The notes under the pieces are model-generated. The model saw nothing but the letters and a program-made list of their open reading frames with translations, was not told the origin of the DNA and did no database searches. A stretch of 64,000 bases of DNA from Candidatus Latescibacterota bacterium (GTDB lineage Bacteria; Latescibacterota; UBA2968), in assembly GCA_965207885.1 (NCBI GenBank), contig OZ242311.1:128001-192000 (forward strand), in the 5' to 3' direction. Shown piece after piece: positions 10,370 to 21,100 of this stretch. The number at the start of each line of letters is the position of its first letter. The first letter of the stretch is position 1. The translations under genes were made by a program, and so were the position numbers.

Positions 10370-11281
10370 CTAAAAGCCACTCGGCGTATCTTGCAAAATT
10401 TTTTCAATACGTTCCAATTCATCATCCGAAAAATCGACATCTGCCGCGCCGACGTGTTCTTTGACCTGATCGGGATTTTTCGCACCAACGAGCACACATG
10501 TTACCTCCTCGCGGCGAAGAAGCCAGGCAATGGCGAGTTGGACCATAGTCATATTCTTGTCTGCGGCGACAGACTGTAACTCATCTGCCACTGCGAGATA
10601 ACGGGCAAATAAATCGCCTTGAAAGCGAGATGAATTCGCGCGCTCGTCGTCTTCGTCGAAGATGTGGTCGGGCGTATATTTGCCCGTAAGCAAACCTTTT
10701 CCCAGGGGACTGTGCGCGAGAATGCCAATACCCGTTTGTCTGCAAAAATCCAGGTCCTCGGCTTCAATATTTCGGTCAAACATATTGTAGCGAGGCTGAT
10801 TTGAATGAAATGGGGCAATATCGTACGCTTGTTGCATCTGTGCCGCATTGAAATTGGAAACCCCGATAAAGCGCGTCTTGCCCTGTTCTTGCAGCCGGGC
10901 CATAGTTTCCATACTCTCTTCAATGGGATATTGCGGATTCCAACTGTGGATTTGATACAAATCTACGTAATCGACATCGAGATTCCGCAGGCTATTTTCA
11001 ATGGCGTTTTCAATATCCCCTCGAGAATATTGACGACTGACTTTCGTTGCCAGAAAGCACCGCTCGCGATAGCCATCTTTGAGCGCTCTGCCCAGTGTGG
11101 CCTCGCTGGTGCGATATGCCTGTGCAGTATCGAGCAGGGTAATACCGCTGTCAATAGCAGTACGCACAGTATCAATACTATCCCTATCGCCCATATTGCC
11201 CATACCGCCGCCAATGGGCCAGGCACCCAGGCCAATAACCGGGATGTCGGCACCGTCTTTGCCTAATTGTCGATGGTTCAT
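10370..11281 (-). CDS. Aldo/keto reductase
   Basis: IGLGAWPIGG, LDTAQAY, DYVDLYQIH, IGVSNF and HSPLGKGLLTGK motifs; AGGAG RBS. Confidence 0.9.
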   Translation of the reverse strand: MNHRQLGKDGADIPVIGLGAWPIGGGMGNMGDRDSIDTVRTAIDSGITLLDTAQAYRTSEATLGRALKDGYRERCFLATKVSRQYSRGDIENAIENSLRNLDVDYVDLYQIHSWNPQYPIEESMETMARLQEQGKTRFIGVSNFNAAQMQQAYDIAPFHSNQPRYNMFDRNIEAEDLDFCRQTGIGILAHSPLGKGLLTGKYTPDHIFDEDDERANSSRFQGDLFARYLAVADELQSVAADKNMTMVQLAIAWLLRREEVTCVLVGAKNPDQVKEHVGAADVDFSDDELERIEKILQDTPSGF

Positions 11282-11380
11282 ATAGACTCCTTTATAATAA
11301 TAAGGTGCAGGTTCTGTGCTTGATATTAAGCGCGTGATATGATACCTTGATCTCAACACATTAACCAGAACGGTCTTTTC

Positions 11381-12550
11381 ATGCCACTAATCAATACACC
11401 CAACGAACTCGAAACCCTTGTCAACCGCGCCCTGGACGCGCCCTGTGTAGGCATTGATACAGAATTTGTCTGGGAACAAACCTATTATCCGCGCCTGGGC
11501 ATTATACAGGTGGGACTTTCAGAAAATGATTGCCACCTGATAGATGCCGTCACATTATCGGATCTATCGCCTCTGGGAACCTTATTATCAGACCCCCACA
11601 CCGTGAAAATTTTGCACGATGCACAGCAAGACCTCTGGATTTTAAGACGAATAACAGATGCCATCCCCTGCAATATATTCGATACGCGCTGTGCAGCGGG
11701 CTTCGCGGGTTTGAGTTCAAACCTATCGCTGGGCAATCTATTGCGCATGCGTCTCAATATACAATTACCCAAAACAGAAACGCGCACAGACTGGTTGAGG
11801 CGACCATTATCGAACAAACAACTCGAATATGCCCTGGATGACGTGCGCTTTTTGCCCGCCCTTCGCGAACATATCCTGACCGACATACAGCGACGAGGCC
11901 GAGAAAACTGGCTGGCAGAAGAACTCCGTCAGTACGATATCGCCAAATTGTACGATGACCGCGCCCCCGAAGAACAATATACGCGCATAAAAGGCACGGG
12001 ACGACTATCGAGACGCGATATGGCCATCGTGCGCGAACTGGCCGCCTGGCGCGAAAAAAAAGCGCGACAGGTAGATCGCCCCAGAAATCGCGTGATAAGC
12101 GACGACGCCATCGTGCAAATTGCCCGGCGCAAGCCGCAATCAATTCAGTCGTTAAAACGAGTGCGGGGCATTGCGAGGGCAACCATAAATCAGTACGGCA
12201 ATAGCCTCCTCAACACTGTACAGCGCGGATTGGCAATCGACGAAAAAAATTGCCCGCCCATATCGCTACCTGTGCGACCCGATCCCTTTGAGGATGCGCG
12301 TCTCGACCTCGCCATGGCATTTATGCGCGGACAATGTCTATCAGAAGGAATCGACATCGCAATGGTGGCATCGCGATCAGAAGTCAAAGAATTCATTTCC
12401 TCCCAAAAAAATGCGACAGATAATCCGTTGCACACAGGTTGGCGACGCGAATTTCTGGGCGCAGACCTCACTGCGCTCTTAACTGGCAAACACGCCATCG
12501 GCATCAATCCCAACACCCGCTTGCCAAACTTGCTCCGCGATAAACCATAA
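11381..12550 (+). CDS. rnd: Ribonuclease D (DEDDy exonuclease plus HRDC domain)
   Basis: GIDTEFVWEQTYYPRLGIIQ, FDT and TDWLRRPLSNKQLEYALDDV motifs; HRDC segment LAAWREKKARQVDRPR. Confidence 0.9.
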   Translation: MPLINTPNELETLVNRALDAPCVGIDTEFVWEQTYYPRLGIIQVGLSENDCHLIDAVTLSDLSPLGTLLSDPHTVKILHDAQQDLWILRRITDAIPCNIFDTRCAAGFAGLSSNLSLGNLLRMRLNIQLPKTETRTDWLRRPLSNKQLEYALDDVRFLPALREHILTDIQRRGRENWLAEELRQYDIAKLYDDRAPEEQYTRIKGTGRLSRRDMAIVRELAAWREKKARQVDRPRNRVISDDAIVQIARRKPQSIQSLKRVRGIARATINQYGNSLLNTVQRGLAIDEKNCPPISLPVRPDPFEDARLDLAMAFMRGQCLSEGIDIAMVASRSEVKEFISSQKNATDNPLHTGWRREFLGADLTALLTGKHAIGINPNTRLPNLLRDKP

Positions 12551-12558
12551 TGCGCGCC

Positions 12559-13170
12559 TCACACCTCTTCAACCTGCGCCTGTCCTCTCGTGAGATTCCC
12601 CACTGCCTGCTTGAAAGGGCCAACCTGTTCTTCAGGCATAGCCAGTTCACATGTAATATCGGCCCCAAAATCTTCAGCGACAATACGTGCTTCAAAATCC
12701 GGAAGCAACCACTTGAAAGATTCATAAGCCGCATAGTCAATCGTCGCCAAAACAGCGACGCGCGTCACGCGCTCCGTACACTGAACCTTCTCAAGCGCGT
12801 GTTGAACGCCACCTGAATAAGCCCGCACAAGCCCGCCCTTGCCCAACTTTGTCCCGCCAAAATAGCGCGTCACCACCACTACCACGTCGCCGAGACCCGA
12901 ATGCGCGAGCACAGTCAGCATAGGACGACCAGCCGTACCGTGCGGCTCTCCATCATCGCTCATCCCCACATTGCCAGTCGTGCCTGGCGGCCCGATCAGA
13001 AATGCCCAGCAATTGTGTGAAGCGTCTGGAAATTCGGCGCGAATTTGATCGATAAATATTCGAGCCTCTTCTCGTGCCGGTGTATGCGCCAACGTCGTAA
13101 TAAAGCGACTACGCTTAATTTCGTCTTCCACGCGGCATATCTCGGCGGGAATGGGATAGCGATTAGGCAT
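12559..13170 (-). CDS. yigZ: YigZ/IMPACT family protein
   Basis: EIKRSRF, ASHNCWAF, SDDGEPHGTAGRP and VTRYFGGTKLGKGGLVRAY motifs. Confidence 0.9.
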   Translation of the reverse strand: MPNRYPIPAEICRVEDEIKRSRFITTLAHTPAREEARIFIDQIRAEFPDASHNCWAFLIGPPGTTGNVGMSDDGEPHGTAGRPMLTVLAHSGLGDVVVVVTRYFGGTKLGKGGLVRAYSGGVQHALEKVQCTERVTRVAVLATIDYAAYESFKWLLPDFEARIVAEDFGADITCELAMPEEQVGPFKQAVGNLTRGQAQVEEV

Positions 13171-13175
13171 AAGAG

Positions 13176-15152
13176 CTACCACCCGTGAACAGAATGCCCT
13201 TCTTCCGGGAAAAAGGTAAAATCGACAATAGAAGACACACCAACGCCGACGACATAACCGATCACAAGGCCAAAAAACAAAGGAATACAGCGCCGATAGA
13301 GCGAAATGCCACCAATGCGCAGAATAATGAGCTTGGACGCCCAGGTCAGAAAAATACTGAAAGCATAGACCCGAGATCCCGACATCTTCTGAAAAGCCAG
13401 ACCCAGGGGATGCAAGGGCCACCACGGAATGCGATTGCGAAGAAGCATAAGCAGACCCGCTTGCCCAAACCCAAAAATCCAGACCGCTATCTTCCCCGGA
13501 TCAAAAACCGTTTTATCTGCGCCAACAATAGCGGAAACCATGCGATCGTACGTGCGAATATTGGACCCGCTAAAACCCGACAGCCCTAAATTTTGACCCG
13601 CGTAATTATATCCCAAATGCACAATAAAAAGACACGACCCGAAGAAACCCGAGGCAAAAGCCAACAGAACAATCCAGAAAACCCAGCGACGGCGGACATC
13701 ATTCCCCAAAAGTTTGAGATGATGAGGCAGCGCGGGCCATGCGGGAATGCGCGAATTGCCAAAAAATGCACTCGAATTAATCACGCCCAATGCAACGGTA
13801 TTTTGTTGCGTGAGCGTTGCAGTCCCCGTAAAAATCTCGACAATTTGCCCCCCCTTGCCCCCAACCGGAAAAAGATAAGAAAAACCGCTCGCCGCGGTGT
13901 ATTTCGCCACAGTAAAATACGCTGCATAAAGCAGTAAAAGGTGAAAAAGAGCGAGAAAAGGAGACAAACCCACCGCGATGAACCAGCCAAAAACAAAAAT
14001 AGTCGCCGCAATAAACCCGACCAATGCCAGACGATAAGATACCAGACCGTCATCTGCCTCTCCCGTCACGGCTGCGCGAAGAACATGTCGCAAATGGCCT
14101 CGCGCGACCCATACTGCCCACACCGCCAGAAAGATGAAAGCACCGTGAGATTCCAAAATCAGAATCTCGCTCGCTTCCGCCTGTTGCCCGGAAAGGCCCA
14201 CATTAAATCCAGTCCGAGCCATCACCCCTTCTTTGACAATAGCGATAAGGCGAAAAGCCCAGAAACTGAAGAGAATATCCAGATTACACATATAAGTAAG
14301 GCCCAAAACAGGAGGCAGAATACGCAAATAGAACGATGGAAAATTGCGCGCAATGGGCACCTCTTTGGTCAGATAACCGTCGTAAATGCCAATTCGGGGC
14401 AAGCTAATGGCAAAATAACCGAGAATATTCCAGACAAAAACACCGAAAACAATAAAAAACCCCACCCAGAAGAGTTTATTCCGAAAAATACCGGGTATAA
14501 CGCGACCGGGTTCATCAAAGCCCTCGGTCAATGCAATCGGAAAAGCCGCGAGAGGAAAAGTGAGACGCTCGTTCTCCTCCCATTGCTTTTGAAAAATGAC
14601 CGCAAGGCACAACCCAGCAACAACAAGGGCAATAGACACGGCGAACCACCAGTGCAGTGACGCCAACCAGCCGCGCCAGGGAATACTCGCACCATCGGGA
14701 AGGCCCTCGTAATACGTGCGAATAATCTCAGGCGCTGCCTGCGGCAAACACCACCACGGCAAAATGTCAAAAAGGACCTCCTCCCATCGATTCTCGGGCG
14801 AAGCGTAATAAAACGGCGTACTCACAATACCGCCCCAGTAGGTCGTCCATCCACTTGCCGAAACCGTACCCACAATCCACGACATACTGTAAATAACCAG
14901 AAGCTCTGTACCGCGCAAAGCCATGCGCGGCCATGCGAGCTTTAGAATGAGATTGATCACGAGCCACGCGACAAAGGGCAAGAGCATAGCCATGGACAAC
15001 TGCGACTTGACCAGCGAAGCAGACCCCAAAATCATGCCCGTGTAATCGCTGTAAATATTGAGCAATGCCGCAGTAGCCGCACCCAGGACAACAGATCGGA
15101 CGGTAATGCGCCGCGGGCGCGCAGGTTCGGGTTGTGATTGTGCAAGTGCCAT
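13176..15152 (-). CDS. DUF6785/DUF6784-type polytopic membrane protein (putative transporter)
   Basis: YYASPENRW, QWEENERLTFPL and WWPLHPLG motifs, many TM helices; clear paralog of 45853..47838. Confidence 0.75.
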   Translation of the reverse strand: MALAQSQPEPARPRRITVRSVVLGAATAALLNIYSDYTGMILGSASLVKSQLSMAMLLPFVAWLVINLILKLAWPRMALRGTELLVIYSMSWIVGTVSASGWTTYWGGIVSTPFYYASPENRWEEVLFDILPWWCLPQAAPEIIRTYYEGLPDGASIPWRGWLASLHWWFAVSIALVVAGLCLAVIFQKQWEENERLTFPLAAFPIALTEGFDEPGRVIPGIFRNKLFWVGFFIVFGVFVWNILGYFAISLPRIGIYDGYLTKEVPIARNFPSFYLRILPPVLGLTYMCNLDILFSFWAFRLIAIVKEGVMARTGFNVGLSGQQAEASEILILESHGAFIFLAVWAVWVARGHLRHVLRAAVTGEADDGLVSYRLALVGFIAATIFVFGWFIAVGLSPFLALFHLLLLYAAYFTVAKYTAASGFSYLFPVGGKGGQIVEIFTGTATLTQQNTVALGVINSSAFFGNSRIPAWPALPHHLKLLGNDVRRRWVFWIVLLAFASGFFGSCLFIVHLGYNYAGQNLGLSGFSGSNIRTYDRMVSAIVGADKTVFDPGKIAVWIFGFGQAGLLMLLRNRIPWWPLHPLGLAFQKMSGSRVYAFSIFLTWASKLIILRIGGISLYRRCIPLFFGLVIGYVVGVGVSSIVDFTFFPEEGHSVHGW

Positions 15153-15551
15153 AAGATTGTGATAAGGTGGCGTTCAAGTATCCAGTGATATGATATTTTG
15201 GGTAATGATATATCGCGCACTTGTCAAGAATGTATTGTATCGGGTTATTATAGATATGATCACTTTTTTTTGTGCTTGTAAAACCTGTATTTTTTTCTTC
15301 CCTAAAAACGCAACATGTTCTACATTATCAGTCCATTGCTTCATTTCCCCGCAATATCTTGTATATCCCCTATATCCCCTCTCATAGTTTTTATTTCGAC
15401 CATTGGTCTGCATATCGGCCCTTGGTCATAAAAATTAGACGCTATATCGTCTAATAGTAAAAACTCCTCTGCCTGATTTTTTCTTTTTTTGTCATTATAT
15501 ATTAAATAAAAACAATTATTTGTGAATGTGAGCGCCCGAACAGCCTCACAT

Positions 15552-15567
15552 TGGCATAGATATTGCA
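15552..15567 (+). promoter_or_regulatory. Sigma-54 (-24/-12) promoter
   Basis: TGGCATAGATATTGCA has GG-N10-GC spacing and closely matches TGGCAC-N5-TTGCA; an AT-rich tract and palindromes lie upstream. Confidence 0.7.
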
Positions 15568-15748
15568 GATAAGTACTTATGTAGCAAGAAATCCCTCTTG
15601 AAAAGCGTGAAGGGGCGACCTCAAACTTGCAGCGCATAACTGTCTTTCTAACAGAACTCTTTGTGTCTCGCTGCACCTGATAATGGCATAACATCGGTAA
15701 ATTACGACAATCTGTAAAAAAAATATAATGTTCAAAAGGACAAAATAG

Positions 15749-17173
15749 ATGAGCACACACAGCTTAATAGCCGTGGTTAAACAGGACTGCCCGACCTGCA
15801 CCCTCATTGCACCAGTGCTTAGACAAATTGGAAAGCGGGACGATTCACTCGCGGTTTACACCCAGGACAATCCCGATTTTCCCACGGGAATTGCAAACCT
15901 TATTGACGACACCGGTCTGGAACACTCGTATCGACTCAATATCGAAACCGTACCGACCCTGCTCCGTTTTGAAAACGGGCGAGAAGTGGCGCGGACTGTT
16001 GGATGGCATCGCGGCGATTGGGAAACCGTATCGGGACTCAGCCCCCTCGGCGCAGACCTGCCCGAATCGCGCCCGGGATGCGGATCAAAAAGCATCGAAC
16101 CGGGCATAGCTGAAAAACTCGCCGTCCAATTTGGCGAAACCGTACTCGCCGCCCGGCGCATTGAAGTCGGCGCTCTCGAAGACGAAATAGAAACCTGTTT
16201 TGAGCGCGGCTGGAGCGACGGCCTGCCCGTTGTGCCACCCACCGAAGAACGCATCATGCGCATGCTATCGGGAACGACCCGCTCCCCCGACGAATTGGTG
16301 GGCATCGTCCCCCCCAATTACAACAAATGCACCGTAGAAAAAGTCGCCATCAACGCTGTCCTCGCCGGATGCAAACCCGAATACTTGCCCGTCGTACTCG
16401 CAGCGGTTGAAACCGCACTCACAGAGGCCTTTTGCATGCACGGACTGCTCGCCACCACATTCTTTGCAGGCCCCATGATCGTCGTCAACGGACCGATCAC
16501 ACGCGAAATCGGCATGAACGCGCGGGTCAACGCGCTCGGGCAGGGCAACCGCGCCAACGCGACCATCGGACGCGCCCTTCAACTCGTCATCCGCAACATC
16601 GGCGGCGGCGTCCCCGGAGGCATTGATCGCGCCACGCTCGGCAACCCGGGCAAATACACCTTCTGCTTTGCCGAACGCGAAGACGATTCCCCCTGGGAAT
16701 CCCTCGCCGTCGAAAGGGGATTCTCACCCGACGCATCCACAGTCTCGCTCTTTGCAGCCAGCGGCGTCACCCCCATCATGGATCAGGCATCCCGAGATCC
16801 CGACGCCCTGTGCCGATCCTTCGCCGCCTGCCTCAAAGCCGATGGCCATCCCAAACACGCAAATAGCCCGCTCCCCGTACTGGTCATATCGCCAGAACAC
16901 ACCCGTCGCTATGCAGACGCAGGCTGGTCAAAAATCCGATTCCGCGACACACTAAATCAGTATCTCCAACTCCCCGTCGCAGAACTGCTCTCAGGCGCGG
17001 GCGGCATCCCTGAAGGCATTTCAAAACAACGGACAAAAGACAACGAAACAATACCCAAATTTCGCAACAACACCTTGCACATCGTCCGCGCAGGCGGAGA
17101 CGCGGGCTTATTCTCTGCCCTCATCAGCAGTTGGGGAGGCAGCCAATCCATCACAAAGGAGATCACACCATGA
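15749..17173 (+). CDS. Thioredoxin-like (CPTC) domain fused to UGSC-partner domain
   Basis: N-terminal DCPTC and ETVPTL (Trx fold), RPGCGS linker, then GWSDGLPVVPPT, EKVAINAVLAGCKPEYLPVV and NRANATIGRALQL. Confidence 0.75.
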   Translation: MSTHSLIAVVKQDCPTCTLIAPVLRQIGKRDDSLAVYTQDNPDFPTGIANLIDDTGLEHSYRLNIETVPTLLRFENGREVARTVGWHRGDWETVSGLSPLGADLPESRPGCGSKSIEPGIAEKLAVQFGETVLAARRIEVGALEDEIETCFERGWSDGLPVVPPTEERIMRMLSGTTRSPDELVGIVPPNYNKCTVEKVAINAVLAGCKPEYLPVVLAAVETALTEAFCMHGLLATTFFAGPMIVVNGPITREIGMNARVNALGQGNRANATIGRALQLVIRNIGGGVPGGIDRATLGNPGKYTFCFAEREDDSPWESLAVERGFSPDASTVSLFAASGVTPIMDQASRDPDALCRSFAACLKADGHPKHANSPLPVLVISPEHTRRYADAGWSKIRFRDTLNQYLQLPVAELLSGAGGIPEGISKQRTKDNETIPKFRNNTLHIVRAGGDAGLFSALISSWGGSQSITKEITP

Positions 17174-17679
17174 AATTGCTCGACCCCACATCCGAACAAA
17201 AACCAGCACAGAGAGAACGGGTAAAACGCCCGCAATCACTCGACGGACTGACCATCGGGCTTCTCGACATATCCAAAAGCCGGGGCGACGTATTCCTCGA
17301 CCGCATCGAAACGCATCTCACACAGCGCAACCTCAAAGTCAACCGCTACATCAAACCCACATTCACGCGCCCGGCACCCATCGAACTCCAGCAACAAATC
17401 GTCACCGAGTGCGATGTCGTCGTCGAAGGCCTGGCGGATTGAGGGTCCTGCACAACGTGCAGTGTGCACGACACGACCAACCTGGAAACGCGCGGCATAC
17501 CCACCGTCTTTGTCGCATCCGAGCCGTTCCGAGAAGCAGCCGATGCCCAATCCACCGCCCTGGGATTTAATCCCGCTCGCGTCTTTGTCGCCCATCCCAT
17601 CCAGGATCGCACCGACGAAGAAATGCAGGCACTTGCCGATGGCGCTATCGAACGCATCTTGAAAAGAATTAGTAGATAA
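17170..17679 (+). CDS. UGSC-family selenoprotein (Sec at TGA 17440-17442, codon 91)
   Basis: ORFs 17131..17442 and 17464..17679 share a frame; readthrough gives EGLAD-U-GSCTTCSVHD. A hairpin follows the TGA. The ATG at 17170 overlaps the upstream stop (ATGA) after AAGGAG. Confidence 0.85.
17443..17470 (+). promoter_or_regulatory. Candidate bacterial SECIS element
   Basis: CGTGCA-GTG-TGCACG stem-loop (17456-17470) with an apical G about 20 nt after the UGA; an alternative CTGCAC-AAC-GTGCAG stem is also possible. Confidence 0.55.
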
Positions 17680-17697
17680 AAAAGGATCTACCCCCCA

Positions 17698-18105
17698 ATG
17701 AACGACGAAAAAATCACCAAAACAGACCGAGAATGGCGGGAACAACTCACGCCCGAACAATACTACGTCTGTCGTCAAAAAGGCACGGAACGCGCCTTCA
17801 CCGGCATGTACTGGGACTGCCGTGAAGAAGGCGTATATCGCTGTGCATGTTGCAATGCCGAACTCTTCCGCTCAGAACAGAAATTCGACTCCCACTGCGG
17901 ATGGCCCAGCTTTTTTGACGCCATTGGCCCCGAACGCATCAACCAGCACGAAGACTTGAGCTTTGGCATGCGCCGCATCGAAGTCACCTGCGCCCGCTGC
18001 GACGCCCACCTGGGCCACATCTTCGACGACGGACCCGCCCCCACGGGCCTGCGCTATTGCATCAACTCCGTCGCCATTGATCTGGACCGCGATGAAGAAT
18101 CGTGA
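17698..18105 (+). CDS. msrB: Peptide-methionine (R)-S-oxide reductase MsrB (Zn type)
   Basis: [12 protein letters not shown] and CARC zinc pairs, [16 protein letters not shown] and RYCINS. Confidence 0.95.
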   Translation: MNDEKITKTDREWREQLTPEQYYVCRQKGTERAFTGMYWDCREEGVYRCACCNAELFRSEQKFDSHCGWPSFFDAIGPERINQHEDLSFGMRRIEVTCARCDAHLGHIFDDGPAPTGLRYCINSVAIDLDRDEES

Positions 18106-18144
18106 AACATAGTTTCCTCATGAGAACCTCACGGACCGAAAAAA

Positions 18145-21100
18145 ATGTTCTCACAGATTGAACAAATCTTCTCGCACATCATCCGCACCCGCCTGACAGC
18201 CATCATCCTCATGCTGGCACTGCCAATCGCGGCAGACGCTCAGGAAGTGACAATTAAGTCAAGCCCTACCAGCATCATGGAAGGCAAAAGCACCACATTT
18301 ATCATATCGGTGACACCAGCCCCAACCAGCAACCTGAGAGTAAACATAGAAGTGACGGGTAATACCATCCCCTCCAGCTACACCCGCCCTACAACAATCA
18401 CCGTCGGCACCTCTGGCCAATACACACTGACAGTGCCAACCGAAGATTTTGACGAGAATCCGGACGACGAAAACTGGGGCAACGTACACGTGAAGATAAA
18501 AGAAGGAACTGGCTACACGATCGGTGAAAATGGAAGCGCGTCCGTGCAGGTAATTGACAGTGACAAGAAGGATGAAGTTACGCTTCCGCCGCTTGAAAAC
18601 CCACCCCCTTCGCTTCCGGTAGTAACGCTTCACACAGACCAAACGCGGGTCGCAATAGGCGACAGGGTGACGCTCACAATGAAGCGCACCGAACCTCACG
18701 ACTACAGACATCGGGTGGATTTCCGGGTGGGCGGACACTTGCCGGATATTACCGACTGGGAACCGATGGTGGAAATCCTTCATCCGCAGTCGGCAAACAG
18801 GCATCCGCCAGGCGAGAGATCGTATTCTTTCCGCGTGCAGGAAGAGACCTGTGGGCACACGCAGGGACGCAAAATTGAAGCCTTTCTCTTTGATGCCTAC
18901 TACTATGGAGACAACATTCCACAGGCATCACGTACTGGGGATTCGGCTTACAAAGTGGGCGATCCATCTTCGGTGACCATAGAGGTTTATAAGCCCACAA
19001 ATTGGCAACCGGCAGGAGCCCCAACCATCAACGGTACGCCCGAGGTGGGTCAAACATTAACAGTCTCCCATGGCCTCAGCGGTGTGACAGGCTATCAATG
19101 GTACCGGGGTTCAAATTCCATCTCCGGTGAGATGGGCAGTACGTACACAGTGCAAACAGCCGATAATGGTCACCGACTGAAAGTTCGGGTAACCTTCAAT
19201 AACGGCACGTGCTATTTGGAAAGCGCATTGACAGCAGTCGTGGGTGGAATGCCAATCGGGACAATTGACACAAATCCTCCAACCATCATCGAAGGTCAGA
19301 CCAAGAGATTCAGAATCACAATGGACCCTGTCCCGAAGGCTCCACTAATTGCAGAAGTGCGCGTCAGCCAGACCGGCGATTTCATCACCGGCTCACCGGG
19401 CGTGGGCATTCACACAGTCAACTTCGGCGCCAACCAGGCCACCGCCACAATAACAGTCAATACTGAAGATGATCAAGTAGAGGAACCGAATGGCGAGATA
19501 AGCGCGGAACTGTTGAAGAGAACAGGCTATGAAGTAGGCGCCCCATCCATCGCAACCGTCATCGTTGAGGACAACGACGAGGGATCTCCGCCACCACCGC
19601 CACCACCACCGCCGCCAACCCCTTCGGTGAGCATCTCTGCCAATCCCACAACCATCACTGAAGGCGGAACCACAACCGTTACGGTCACAGCGAATCCTGC
19701 TCCAACAACCTCAATAAACGTGAACGTGAACGTCAGCCAAAACGGCAATTTCATCAGCGGCTCACCACCATCAAGTGTCACCTTCAATGCCAACAATACC
19801 ACCGCCACATTCACAATCAATACTGTAAACGATAATATAGATGAGCCTAATGGCTCGATAACAGCCCAAGTACAAGGTGGATCAGGCTACACTGTAGGCT
19901 CACCATCATCAGCAACCGTTAATGTCAATGACAACGACAATCCGCCGCCAAATACGCCACAGGTGACCATCTCGGCAGGGACCTCACCCATCACCGAAGG
20001 CACGGATGCAACTTTCACGCTCACAGCGTCTCCTGCACCAACAACCTCAATAAACGTGAGCGTGAACGTCAGCCAGAGCGGCAATTTCATCAGTTCACCG
20101 GGCATCCGCACAGTCAGCATCGGTACCAACGGCACCGCCACACTGATAGTCGCAACAGTCAATGATAATACAGATGAATCAAATGGCTCGATAACAGCTC
20201 AGGTGCAAGGTGGACCAGGCTATTCGGTGGGCTCTCCATCATTGGCAACTGTCACTGTGAATGACAACGACGGGGGATCTCCGCCACCACCGCCAACCCC
20301 ATCGGTGACCATCACAGCGGGGACCTCACCCATCACTGAAGGCACATCTGCAACTTTCACACTCACAGCGTCCCCGGCTCCGACAACCTCAATAAACGTG
20401 AACGTGAATGTCAGCCAAAATGGCAATTTCATCAGTTCACCGGGCATCCGCACAGTCAGCATCGGTACCAACGGCACCGCCACACTGACAGTCGCAACGG
20501 ACAACGATAATACAGATGAGCCTAATGGCTCGATAACAGCCCAAGTGCAGACCGGCGCAGGTTACACAGTAGGCTCACCATCATCGGCTACCGTCAACGT
20601 CAACGATAACGACGCAGCGCCAAGGGGTCCACCGCAGCCAAAAGTGACAATCACAGCGAATCCTACAACCATCACCGAAGGCCAGTCTGCAACTTTCACA
20701 CTCACAGCGTCCCCTGCACCGACGACCTCAATAACCGTGAGCGTGAACGTCAGCCAAAACGGCAATTTCATCAGTTCAACAGGCACGCGATCGGCCACCA
20801 TCAACGCCAACAATACCACCGCCACATTCACAATCAATACCGTAAATGATAATATAGATGAGCCTAATGGCTCGGTAACAGCGCAAGTGCAAGCCGGAAC
20901 GGACTATACTGTAGGCGCTCCATCATCAGCAACCGTTAATGTCAATGACAACGACGTATCTGGAGGAGGAGGTCAACCGCCCATAGGAGTGACCCCACCG
21001 CCGCAACCACCGCAACCACCACCGCAGCCACCTCCTCAACCACCTCCTCCGACCCCATCTGTGACCATCTCAGCCAATCCCACAACCATCACTGAAGGCG

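Noticed and set aside
13171-13425. Long N-terminal extension of YigZ in the ORF track
   Set aside because: It overlaps the upstream membrane protein gene; ATG 13170 gives a normal-length YigZ.
17131-17679. Two separate small genes or a nonsense pseudogene
   Set aside because: The shared frame, UGSC motif and downstream hairpin favour a single Sec-containing gene.
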